Source of the DNA: Eubacteriales bacterium
Lineage (GTDB): Bacteria > Bacillota > Clostridia > Oscillospirales > CAG-272
Length of the DNA stretch: 64,000 bases
NCBI GenBank assembly: GCA_045660185.1
Contig: JAZRDI010000021.1
Span: 8,870-72,869 of the forward strand
Reading direction: 5' to 3'
A program made the position numbers and the translations under genes. The notes under the pieces were generated by a model. It was not told where the DNA came from and searched no databases. It saw only the letters and a program-made list of their open reading frames with translations. This document shows, piece after piece, positions 27,959 to 36,943 of the stretch (position 1 is its first letter; every line of letters starts with the position of its first letter).

Positions 27959-30061
27959 ATGAAAAGAACGAAAAAATTGCCCGAGCTTTTATCTCCCGCG
28001 GGAGATATGGAAGCTTTAGCGGCGGCTATACTTGGCGGCGCAGATGCAATTTATGTTGGCGGTAAGCGCTTTGGCGCGAGAGCTTATGCGAAAAACTTTG
28101 ATACTGAAGAATTGAAGCTTGCGGTAAGACTCTGCCACGTGCATGGCGTAAGACTTTACGTTACGCTTAATACGCTTGTTTTTGACAAGGAAATCGACGA
28201 TGCTCTTGAATATGCAAAGCTCCTTTATGAAATAGGAGTTGACGCGTTGATAGTCGCGGATATCGGCGTTGCTGCGCTCATAAGAGAGCGAGTGCCTAAT
28301 CTTGAGCTTCACGCTTCAACGCAAATGGGTGTGCATAATACCGAGGGTGTTAATTTTGCAAAAAAGCTCGGAATAACACGAGTGGTTTTGGCAAGAGAAT
28401 GCTCCTACCGCGATATAAAGAATATAACTGCAGAATCGGATGCCGAGTGTGAGGTGTTTTTACACGGCGCGCTATGCGTATGCCATTCGGGGCAGTGCTT
28501 ATTCTCCTCAATTGTAGGCGGAAGAAGCGGAAACCGCGGAGAATGCGCCCAGCCATGCAGACTTCCTTATAACAAAGGAAAATACATACTTTCTCTCAAG
28601 GATTTATCACTCGCAAATCACGTCAAAGAGCTTATAGACAGTGGTGTTTCTTCTCTTAAAATCGAGGGAAGAATGAAATCGCCCGAATACGTTTACGAGG
28701 TTACAAGAATATACCGTAAGCTTCTTGATGAAAATAGAAATTCCGACATAGAGGAAAATAAACGCTTGGCATCGGTCTTTTCGAGGGGTGGATTTACAGA
28801 CGGATATTTCACCGAGAAGCTGTTTTCGGAAATGACGGGCATTAGAAGTGATGAGGATAAAAAGGCATCTCGCGAGATCAAAAGAGATTCTTTAACGCTG
28901 CCTAAAGTTCCTATCAAAGCAAGTGCACTCTTCAAAGTTGGCGAAAAATGTCAACTTTCATTTACAGCTACGCCTGTTTCACGTTGGGGTAACAGCATAT
29001 CAGAGCCTATTACGGTTCACGCATTTGGTGAAATTCCAAATGAGGCACAGAACGCTCCATTGACAAAAGACGGACTTTTTGAAAGGCTTTCTAAAATGGG
29101 AAGCACGCCCTTCGCTTTTGGCAGAGAAGATATAGAGATAGAGCTTGATGATGGAATAAATCTTCCCCCGTCGCAAATCAACGCGTTAAGGCGCGAGGCA
29201 TCCGAAAAGCTTCTTTCGAAGTATTCGTTATCGCTAAAAAAGCTTGTTAGTGATGAGTGCGAAATTGATAGTGCCAAAAGTATTGAAATAGATTTATCGA
29301 AAAGGCTTAAAAGCCTCAACACCGCCATCTTCTTCAAGAGTGATGTTCTGCTGGAATTGATGAGGAAAAACAGTGCTTGTCTTTCGGGTATTGACGTGCT
29401 GTTTGTACCGCTTGAAGATTATAGCTCTCTTCCTGAAAACGCGCGTAAAATCATCACGGGGGTGTACATACCGCCAATTGTTATGCAACGCGAGTGGAAT
29501 GAGGTACACGATTTGATAATCAATGCCGAGGTGCTTGGCGCAAAGCACGCTCTTATCGGTAATATTTCGCATTTATCACTGATAGCGAATACGAAGCTTG
29601 TACCCGTGGCAGATTTTAGACTTAATACGGCTAATAGATACACCGCATCGATATACGCTTCGCTCGGCGTTGAATACGTCATACTTTCTCCGGAGCTTAC
29701 GCTTCCGCAAGCGCGAGATATAGGCGGCTCGGTTATAACCCTCGGAAGAATTCCTCTTATGATAACCGAAAGATGCTTCACGAAGGAAAACTTCGGTTGC
29801 GATAAATGCGGTAGCGCATGCCTTACGGATAGACTTGGAATGAAGTTCCCAATGCTTCGCGAATATAAGCATAGAAATATTATCTTCAATTCTTCGCCTA
29901 CGTATATGGGCGATAAAGGCGCGGAGCTTAAAAGTGCTCGCATAAGAAGCGCGCATTTTGTATTCTCCTCGGAAAATGCAGATGAGTGCGCAAACTTGCT
30001 CTCTTCATACAAAAAAGGCGCTCCGCTTAACACGCCTCACAGAAGAGTTGGAAAAAGATAA
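27959..30061 (+). CDS. U32 peptidase family protein (RlhA-like RNA hydroxylation factor)
   Basis: PELLSPAG, HASTQ, HGALC..SGQC..NRGECAQPCR and KIEGRMK; long C-terminal region. Confidence 0.9.
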   Translation: MKRTKKLPELLSPAGDMEALAAAILGGADAIYVGGKRFGARAYAKNFDTEELKLAVRLCHVHGVRLYVTLNTLVFDKEIDDALEYAKLLYEIGVDALIVADIGVAALIRERVPNLELHASTQMGVHNTEGVNFAKKLGITRVVLARECSYRDIKNITAESDAECEVFLHGALCVCHSGQCLFSSIVGGRSGNRGECAQPCRLPYNKGKYILSLKDLSLANHVKELIDSGVSSLKIEGRMKSPEYVYEVTRIYRKLLDENRNSDIEENKRLASVFSRGGFTDGYFTEKLFSEMTGIRSDEDKKASREIKRDSLTLPKVPIKASALFKVGEKCQLSFTATPVSRWGNSISEPITVHAFGEIPNEAQNAPLTKDGLFERLSKMGSTPFAFGREDIEIELDDGINLPPSQINALRREASEKLLSKYSLSLKKLVSDECEIDSAKSIEIDLSKRLKSLNTAIFFKSDVLLELMRKNSACLSGIDVLFVPLEDYSSLPENARKIITGVYIPPIVMQREWNEVHDLIINAEVLGAKHALIGNISHLSLIANTKLVPVADFRLNTANRYTASIYASLGVEYVILSPELTLPQARDIGGSVITLGRIPLMITERCFTKENFGCDKCGSACLTDRLGMKFPMLREYKHRNIIFNSSPTYMGDKGAELKSARIRSAHFVFSSENADECANLLSSYKKGAPLNTPHRRVGKR

Positions 30062-30310
30062 AAGATAGGAAAAAAGAAATGGTAGAAAAAATTAAGTTTG
30101 CAATATTCGATAATCAAGTGTAAACGAGTCTGTGCTTGCACAAGCGAGACACACGCAGATTGCTCCGCGACGATTCGACAGAGTCGAATGGAGTGCGCAG
30201 CACCAAAGATTAAAAAATCTTTGCGTCGCAAAGGAGTATATGGATGGAAAGCAAAGAAAAAGATAGGAAAAAAGAAATGGTAGAAAAAATTAAGTTTGCA
30301 ATATTCGATA
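30060..30310. repeat. Perfect 53-bp direct duplication flanking a 145-bp hairpin-rich element
   Basis: aaaagatagg...caatattcgata at 30060-30112 and 30258-30310; inner hairpins tgtgcttgcaca, attcgac-aga-gtcgaat and caaagatt-aaa-aatctttg. Confidence 0.92.
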
Positions 30311-30942
30311 TGGACGGCACCCTCGTTGATTCCCTTGGATATTGGGATTATTTTTGGGAGGAGTTTGGCAAAAAGTATTTTCCAGGTCAGAAGCTTGAGA
30401 AAAACGAGGATATAGACAGGGCGATAAGAACGATTACTATGCGTGAGGCGAGTGTGCTTATCCGCGACAAGTGTTTACCCGGCGGCTCGGCTGAGGAAAT
30501 TTTCGAGCTTGCTACGGGTATGCTCTCGGAGCATTATAGCACAAGAGTTGACGTTAAGGGCGGAACGAGAGAATTTCTCAATTATCTTAAGTCGCGAGGG
30601 GTTAAAATGTGCGTTGCGAGTGCGACTGTTCCGGCGTACATTAAGACAGCTCTTGAAAGACACGGCCTTTACGGATATTTTGAATTCAGCATATCCTGTG
30701 ACGAGGTTGGCGCTGGCAAGGAAAAGCCCGACGTGTTCCTTGAAGCACTGAAAAGACTCGGCGGAAATCTTGCCGAGGCGTGCGTTTTTGAGGACTCGTT
30801 CATAGCTCTCGAAACCGCAAAGAAGGCAGGCTTTATGACGGTTGGAATTTACGATAAAAACAATTATTGCCAGGATAGACTTGCCGCTGCGTCTGATTTT
30901 TACGTTGCAGAAGGTTCAACTCTCCTCGACATTCCACAGTGA
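30277..30942 (+). CDS. HAD family phosphatase
   Basis: FDMDGTL, KPD and FEDS; ancestral ATG 30277 (alternative ATG 30244 supplied by the inserted element). Confidence 0.9.
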   Translation: MVEKIKFAIFDMDGTLVDSLGYWDYFWEEFGKKYFPGQKLEKNEDIDRAIRTITMREASVLIRDKCLPGGSAEEIFELATGMLSEHYSTRVDVKGGTREFLNYLKSRGVKMCVASATVPAYIKTALERHGLYGYFEFSISCDEVGAGKEKPDVFLEALKRLGGNLAEACVFEDSFIALETAKKAGFMTVGIYDKNNYCQDRLAAASDFYVAEGSTLLDIPQ

Positions 30943-31121
30943 TATACAAAAAACAGATAATATGTTATATATAAATGAGGCTTCCGCTTTTATCGGTGGC
31001 CTCTTTTTTATTTTTGAGTTAATAGTCTTTACATATACCGAATTGTTATTGCTTCAAACGGAAAAATATGTGATAAAATACGACATGCTATAATAATTAA
31101 AAAACAAAAAGGAGTAGTATT

Positions 31122-31976
31122 ATGAAGAAAATAACGTCGGAGCAAATAGCAGAATTTCAAGAACATCTTATTCTTGAGGAGAAATCCAAGGCTACGGTGG
31201 ATAAGTATGGAAGAGATATAGAAGCGTTTGCTAAATGGGCATCCAAAAATGAGCTTAACAAGGCAATCGTGTTAAGTTATAAAGCGTATTTGTGCGAAAA
31301 ATATGCAGTTTCAAGTGTTAATTCGATATTATCATCAATGAATAGCTTTTTTAATTATTTCGAATGGTTTGAGCTTAGGGTAAAGACAATAAAAACGCAA
31401 AGACAAATCTTTGCGCAAAACGAGAAGGAAATAAGCAAAGCAGAGTATGAAAGACTTCTTATATGCGCTCGATCAACACAAAATGAAAGATTATATCTTT
31501 TGCTTCAAACGATATGCTCCACCGGCATTCGTGTTTCGGAATTAAGGTTTATAACAGTTGAAGCCGTGTCTTTATTTAAAGCGGAAATTAATTGCAAGGG
31601 AAAACAAAGATATGTGTTTTTGCCAATAAAACTTTGCAAAATGTTGCAAAAATATGCTGCAGAGAGAAAAATAAAAAGCGGTCCCATCTTCATTAGTAAG
31701 AACGGAAATCCGCTTGATAGATCGAATATATGGTGCGAAATGAAAAAGATTTGCCGCCGGGCAAACGTTGCCGAGAGCAAGGTTTTTCCTCATAATTTGC
31801 GACATCTGTTTGCAAGAACTTATTACACTATGCAAAAGGATATAGTGCGTCTTGCAGACATTCTTGGTCACAGTAGTGTTAATACAACTCGCATTTATAC
31901 GATGGAAAACGGTGCGATTCATCAAAAACAAATCCAAAATCTTGGTTTGGTTGATGACTTGTGCAGCATAATATAA
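31122..31976 (+). CDS. Tyrosine recombinase (putative DNA invertase)
   Basis: TGIRVSE, GK, HNLRH, LGH and TRIY: complete catalytic set; aggag RBS. Confidence 0.93.
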   Translation: MKKITSEQIAEFQEHLILEEKSKATVDKYGRDIEAFAKWASKNELNKAIVLSYKAYLCEKYAVSSVNSILSSMNSFFNYFEWFELRVKTIKTQRQIFAQNEKEISKAEYERLLICARSTQNERLYLLLQTICSTGIRVSELRFITVEAVSLFKAEINCKGKQRYVFLPIKLCKMLQKYAAERKIKSGPIFISKNGNPLDRSNIWCEMKKICRRANVAESKVFPHNLRHLFARTYYTMQKDIVRLADILGHSSVNTTRIYTMENGAIHQKQIQNLGLVDDLCSII

Positions 31977-31987
31977 AAAACCGCGCT

Positions 31988-32194
31988 ACATAATTAATAT
32001 TATGTGGTGCGATGATAAAATATTTTAAACCCCAAAAAGTGTAAAGTCAAGCACTTTTTGAGGTTTTTATTAAATAAGTAAATTTAGTTTAGTAAACAAA
32101 TACAAAAAAGTTAATAAAATTTGTATAAATTGTTAAATAGCACTTGGTTCTGTTCGTTTTCTATATTGAAATTACAACATAATATTAATTATGT
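31988..32194. promoter_or_regulatory. Putative invertible promoter segment bounded by 18-bp inverted recombination sites
   Basis: ACATAAT-TAAT-ATTATGT (31988-32005) and ACATAAT-ATTA-ATTATGT (32177-32194) are exact reverse complements; internal minus-strand TTGACT-17-TAAAAT at 32050-32022. Confidence 0.85.
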
Positions 32195-32221
32195 GGTAAA
32201 AAACAAGGAAGGAATCTAAAA

Positions 32222-35200
32222 ATGAAAGTCAATTTTAAAACCACAGTTAAGAAGCTTTTCGGTGTTTTGGTTTTGGCGACAATGATAATTTCCGTTTTGA
32301 TATCTTGTCAAACAACACAAACGCCTAATCCCGAAAAGTTAACAGCTCCCACGGTAGTGTTAAATGAAAACGAAGCTACCTGGGAAGCAAATCCAAAGGC
32401 GGAGCGCTTTGAGATAAGCGTTAATAACAATCTGTCGTATATCGAAAATTCGATCACGAGTAAACTTTTGGAGGATGGACAGACCTTCAAAATCCGTGCA
32501 ATCGGTGATGGAACGAATTACTCAAGCAGTGAATGGAGTAATGCTGTAACTTATTACGGAGAAATCTGTACGCACAATTTGATGCATAGCGCAACCAAAA
32601 ATGCCACTTGTACGGAAGTTGGACAGATTGAATTTTGGTATTGTGAACTCTGCGGAAGAATTTACAGCGACGAAGCTTGTAATACGCAAATAAGCAGACA
32701 AGAAATAATTGTTCCGGCAGTAGGACATAGCGTGGTGATTGACCCCGCTGTTGACCCCACTGACATGACGCCCGGCTTAACCGAAGGGTCCCATTGTAGC
32801 GTGTGCAATCAAGTGTTCGTTGCACAGCAGGTAATTTACAAAACCGAAGGATTTTCCATTACATATTCCATTGTGGGATCAGATACGTATTTGGCACAGC
32901 AGACGATTGTAAACTCTAATCCGACATCTTATCATTATGGTCAAGAAACCATTGTTTTGAGTGATCTTTCTGCTCCCGCAGGATACGAATTTCTTGGATG
33001 GTATGATGCTCCGCAAGCCGCAGGGGGAACTCGCGTAACGGAGATTGCCAAAGGAACTTCCGGAAACAAGTCACTGTATGCTCACTGGAAGGAAATAGTG
33101 TATGATATCACCTACAAACTGTATCAAACTCCACTTGGAGCGATCACAGAGGAAAGATATCTCCACTATACTGTGAGCAAAGGGCTTAAAGACCTGCCTA
33201 ATCCTGAAATTAACAATTATGTATTTTTGGGTTGGTATACCGATAACGGAGAAGAGATGGATAAGATTCCCGTAGGTATAACAGGAGATATTACGCTTAA
33301 TGCTTATTGGACGAGTAAACGCAATCTTACCAAGGTGGTTAAGTCTCTTGGTGATCCTATTATAATTGAAGATAGCGACAGTGGAGTGCTTTACTTCACC
33401 TACGAACTTGGTTCTATTGAAAACGTACCTCTGTCTGATGCAATTTGGACGATTCAAAGTGTTTCCGGTTTGGCACAGCAGAAGTCGGAAACTGTTTCTA
33501 TAACGATCTCACAAGAAAAAGCAATGGAAATCGCAGATACAATTTCAAAATCTACGGTTGATTCTGCAACGTGGACTCTATCCGAAGATTGGAATGATGT
33601 TACCAGTGTAAGTGAGGAGTGGGCAGCGCAGCAAGGAATGACTGTTGAAGAAGCGAATCAGGTGACTAAATCCGAATCCGGTACAATTAGCATAACAACA
33701 GGTAACGGTGGCTGTAGCACCACTACCGAGACGGACGGTACTACGACAGTTACCTATGATAGCAAGAACGAAACGCGTGGTAATAGTGCTGAATTTAATA
33801 TTAAAGTAAATGGTAGCTATAGTGCCGAAGCGCATGCAGATCTTAATCTGGAAGTAGTACCAGGCGCAAGTTTAGATGTTGGTGCTAGCAGTAAGTGGGA
33901 AATTGGTGGAGAAGTCGGTGGCGGCTACGAGCAGCACAAAGATAGAAATGAACACACCGGCACAGATACCACTAAGGTTGATAGCAAAGTTACAACCGGT
34001 AGCACGTCATGGAACAATTCCAAGACCTCCTCTGAAACAAAATCGGCAAGCCAAAGCGAATCCGTTAGTAAGGCTCTTTCCGAAATTATTAGTAATACAA
34101 AGGGCTATGGAAAATCCTATACCTCCGGTGGTGAGAATAGCGAGTCTCAAGCCTTTAGCTCTACAGATAGTAAGAGCGTAAGCTCCAGCTCGTCACTGAC
34201 TTACTTCTCATCCGAGACCAAGACAACCACAACTACATACTCCACAGACGGAAAGAGCGAGGGATGTTACAGACTTGTGATTGCCGGTACCGTCCACGTG
34301 TTTGGTGTTGTGGGATATGACGTTGCAACACAGTCTTATTTTACCTACACGTTTAATGTGTTGGATGATAAGACATATGAATTTCTTGATTATTCCCCCA
34401 CGTTGAGCTTCGATGATTACGAGAATGGCGCACTGCCTTTTGAAATCCCTTATTTTGTACACGAGTACGTAACCAGTAAGACTGTTGTAACTGAGAGCTT
34501 GACATATACTACAGATTCTACAACGGGTACGGCTGTTGTTACTAATTTTGGTGAGAACGTTGGAACTAAGGAAGTTCCCAATTGGGTATATCCTACCTTA
34601 GATGTCGTAGTTCCTTCTTACATTTCATCCGGTGGTAATGCATACAAGGTTACCGGTATTGCTTCAACCGCTTTTTCCGGAAAGCCGATTCGTTCTATTA
34701 TTCTTAGTGATTATATCACCGACATTCCTGCCAATGCGTTTAAGAATTGCACTTCGTTGGAACAAATTTCCGGTCGCTTTACAACAATAGGGGATAATGC
34801 ATTTAGTGGTTGTACCGCATTGGAAGGCTTTACGGTTTCCGGTCGCACAACATCAATTGGTAAAAATGCATTCTATGGTGTTACTACGTTGAAGGTTAAT
34901 GCCTTAAATGTAGAGTATGCACCGACAAACTCTTCTGAGATTACACAGAATGTGGTTCAGAGCGCTGTGGAATCCGGCGCGAAAAATGTGATAATAAACA
35001 TTTCAAAAATTGCAACAAATACGATACTTACATTAAATGTACCGGCAATCGATAGTTTTGAATTGATTGGTGACAAGACGGTTACGTATACGGATTTGAA
35101 GATTGTTTCTCTTGCGCGAACCATAAAAATACGCAATTTAACGGTCGCGAATTGCACAAGAATTCCTCTTGAAATCAAGGATGGAGATATAATTCTGGAT

Positions 35201-36622
35201 ACGGTTAATATCACTGCTCCCAGCTTTGTGTTATTACTTGCGAAGGATAGTGCAACAATTTCTCTTTTGAGAGACGGCAAGTTAACATCGGAAAGCGGAA
35301 ATACAGTTGTTGCAAAAAATCCGCAAATTGAATCTCTAAAGGATGAAAATGTTTGGGGCAGCTTGCGTATATCCGGTAATTTCTATTACTGTGGAAATGA
35401 GCCTGATACAACCTATATGACAATAGATAACGGAAATTTAATTTCTTTAACCGAAACAGAGTTTGCCGGTTATATTCAGGGTTGTTTCAAGATTACTTTC
35501 AACCCTAATGGGGGAAGCGTTAATACGTCTGAAAAAACGGCATTTGTCGGTCAACGTCTCGGCACACTCCCCACGCCAACAAGAGAAAACTATTCCTTTA
35601 CAGGATGGTATGATGAAAATGGGCATCGCATAGATGATTCCACTGTTCGCGGTTCTGCTACAAGCTTTACCGTGTATGCGCAATGGGCACCGAAACAATT
35701 TACTCTTACTTATAACGCAAACGGTGGCTCCGTATCGACAACATCTAAAACACTAGCGTTTGGTGATACTTTGGGAACTCTTCCTACGCCTACAAGAGAT
35801 TATTATAATTTCCTTGGATGGTTTGATGCAAATGGCCATGAAGTAACAAGCGCTACTAAACCGTCAAGCGCTACCAATCTAACAATAACAGCAAAGTGGC
35901 AAAAGAAAGAAGCGGTTTGGGGAAAAGCGTCTGAGTTACCTTCAGGTGCAGAAGTTCTTGAAAGAAAGTGGAAATATACTAAGACTGAAACAAAAGAGTC
36001 TTATGAGACGTCACTTGACGGATGGACTCAAACCGGAAGCCGTTGGGTTGAGGTTGGTTACGGCACTTCGGAATATGCATCGTTCCCGACCGGATACTTG
36101 ACAACCAATTCATTCTATACATCAATGAATAAAGCTGCTTATGAAGCTTATGAAACTGCGACAACTAAAAGAGTTGTTGTGAATACTTGGGCGGGATATA
36201 TTTATTGGCATTATATGTATAATACTGAAGCAAAAGCATATTATAGATGTATACGTGATAAAGCGGGAACTGCAACAGATTACAATAATTATGTTTACAA
36301 AAACGAGTATTTTAGAGCTTTTAAGGATACGGTATCGTATACTAAACTTGGCAAATACTATGATTATGGATCGGGAACCACTTTGGTTAGCTGTGGAGTA
36401 TATGGTTATAATACATATTTAGCTAAATTAAATGAATCGAACAGTAAAACATCCGGTTCTTGTTTCTGGTATAGATTTGATTATTATACGAGTACATATA
36501 CTGATTATCAGAAAGTTTTCACTTATCAAAAAGTGACGAACAATCTTGAGTCAAAAACTGCTATTACAAACGGCGGTGAGTATTCTAATGTAGTTGAATG
36601 GGTGAAGTATATACCCAAATAA
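32222..36622 (+). CDS. 1466-aa surface lipoprotein: InlB B-repeats, Ser/Thr-rich beta region, BspA-type LRRs, Tyr-rich C-terminal domain
   Basis: Lipobox LISC; GYEFLGWY..YAHW and NPNGG..LPTPTRENYSFTGWY repeats; IPANAFKNCTSL and IGDNAFSGCTAL LRRs. Confidence 0.9.
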   Translation: MKVNFKTTVKKLFGVLVLATMIISVLISCQTTQTPNPEKLTAPTVVLNENEATWEANPKAERFEISVNNNLSYIENSITSKLLEDGQTFKIRAIGDGTNYSSSEWSNAVTYYGEICTHNLMHSATKNATCTEVGQIEFWYCELCGRIYSDEACNTQISRQEIIVPAVGHSVVIDPAVDPTDMTPGLTEGSHCSVCNQVFVAQQVIYKTEGFSITYSIVGSDTYLAQQTIVNSNPTSYHYGQETIVLSDLSAPAGYEFLGWYDAPQAAGGTRVTEIAKGTSGNKSLYAHWKEIVYDITYKLYQTPLGAITEERYLHYTVSKGLKDLPNPEINNYVFLGWYTDNGEEMDKIPVGITGDITLNAYWTSKRNLTKVVKSLGDPIIIEDSDSGVLYFTYELGSIENVPLSDAIWTIQSVSGLAQQKSETVSITISQEKAMEIADTISKSTVDSATWTLSEDWNDVTSVSEEWAAQQGMTVEEANQVTKSESGTISITTGNGGCSTTTETDGTTTVTYDSKNETRGNSAEFNIKVNGSYSAEAHADLNLEVVPGASLDVGASSKWEIGGEVGGGYEQHKDRNEHTGTDTTKVDSKVTTGSTSWNNSKTSSETKSASQSESVSKALSEIISNTKGYGKSYTSGGENSESQAFSSTDSKSVSSSSSLTYFSSETKTTTTTYSTDGKSEGCYRLVIAGTVHVFGVVGYDVATQSYFTYTFNVLDDKTYEFLDYSPTLSFDDYENGALPFEIPYFVHEYVTSKTVVTESLTYTTDSTTGTAVVTNFGENVGTKEVPNWVYPTLDVVVPSYISSGGNAYKVTGIASTAFSGKPIRSIILSDYITDIPANAFKNCTSLEQISGRFTTIGDNAFSGCTALEGFTVSGRTTSIGKNAFYGVTTLKVNALNVEYAPTNSSEITQNVVQSAVESGAKNVIINISKIATNTILTLNVPAIDSFELIGDKTVTYTDLKIVSLARTIKIRNLTVANCTRIPLEIKDGDIILDTVNITAPSFVLLLAKDSATISLLRDGKLTSESGNTVVAKNPQIESLKDENVWGSLRISGNFYYCGNEPDTTYMTIDNGNLISLTETEFAGYIQGCFKITFNPNGGSVNTSEKTAFVGQRLGTLPTPTRENYSFTGWYDENGHRIDDSTVRGSATSFTVYAQWAPKQFTLTYNANGGSVSTTSKTLAFGDTLGTLPTPTRDYYNFLGWFDANGHEVTSATKPSSATNLTITAKWQKKEAVWGKASELPSGAEVLERKWKYTKTETKESYETSLDGWTQTGSRWVEVGYGTSEYASFPTGYLTTNSFYTSMNKAAYEAYETATTKRVVVNTWAGYIYWHYMYNTEAKAYYRCIRDKAGTATDYNNYVYKNEYFRAFKDTVSYTKLGKYYDYGSGTTLVSCGVYGYNTYLAKLNESNSKTSGSCFWYRFDYYTSTYTDYQKVFTYQKVTNNLESKTAITNGGEYSNVVEWVKYIPK

Positions 36623-36646
36623 TGCACGAATAATACAATTTGTGTG

Positions 36647-36678
36647 GACGACGGAGTGAAATATCTCCGTCGTCTTTT
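36647..36678 (+). terminator. Intrinsic terminator of the lipoprotein gene
   Basis: gacgacggag-tgaaatat-ctccgtcgtc-tttt. Confidence 0.7.
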
Positions 36679-36754
36679 CAACAATTGCCTGATGTAGTTC
36701 AATAAAACGATCACAACAAAAATAGGGTAGAACACATAAAAATCACACAAACTA

Positions 36755-36815
36755 AACAAAAAGCATAACAACCCGCGGATTCGTAGTGAGAAACGGGTTG
36801 TTATGCTTTTTGTTT
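36755..36815. terminator. Long bidirectional hairpin
   Basis: aaacaaaaagcataacaacccg / cgggttgttatgctttttgttt. Confidence 0.75.
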
Positions 36816-36943
36816 TTTGTTGAGCATCACTCAAACATTTATTATAGAACTATGTTTTTTTGAATTGGAAAATTGTTTTTTAAAGGAATGTTGATTTTAT
36901 AAAACGCCTCTTAAGGAGTTTGATTTTTTAAAGCTTGCTTGTT

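Noticed and set aside
30098-30283. 61-aa ORF across the inserted element
   Set aside because: It lies in hairpin-rich repeat DNA with no RBS; likely spurious.
31122-36622. Integron, prophage or ICE
   Set aside because: No attC cassettes, phage or conjugation genes, or flanking att direct repeats were found. The inverted site geometry fits inversion instead.
35910-36622. Diversity-generating retroelement target
   Set aside because: No reverse transcriptase and no template/variable repeat pair in the window.
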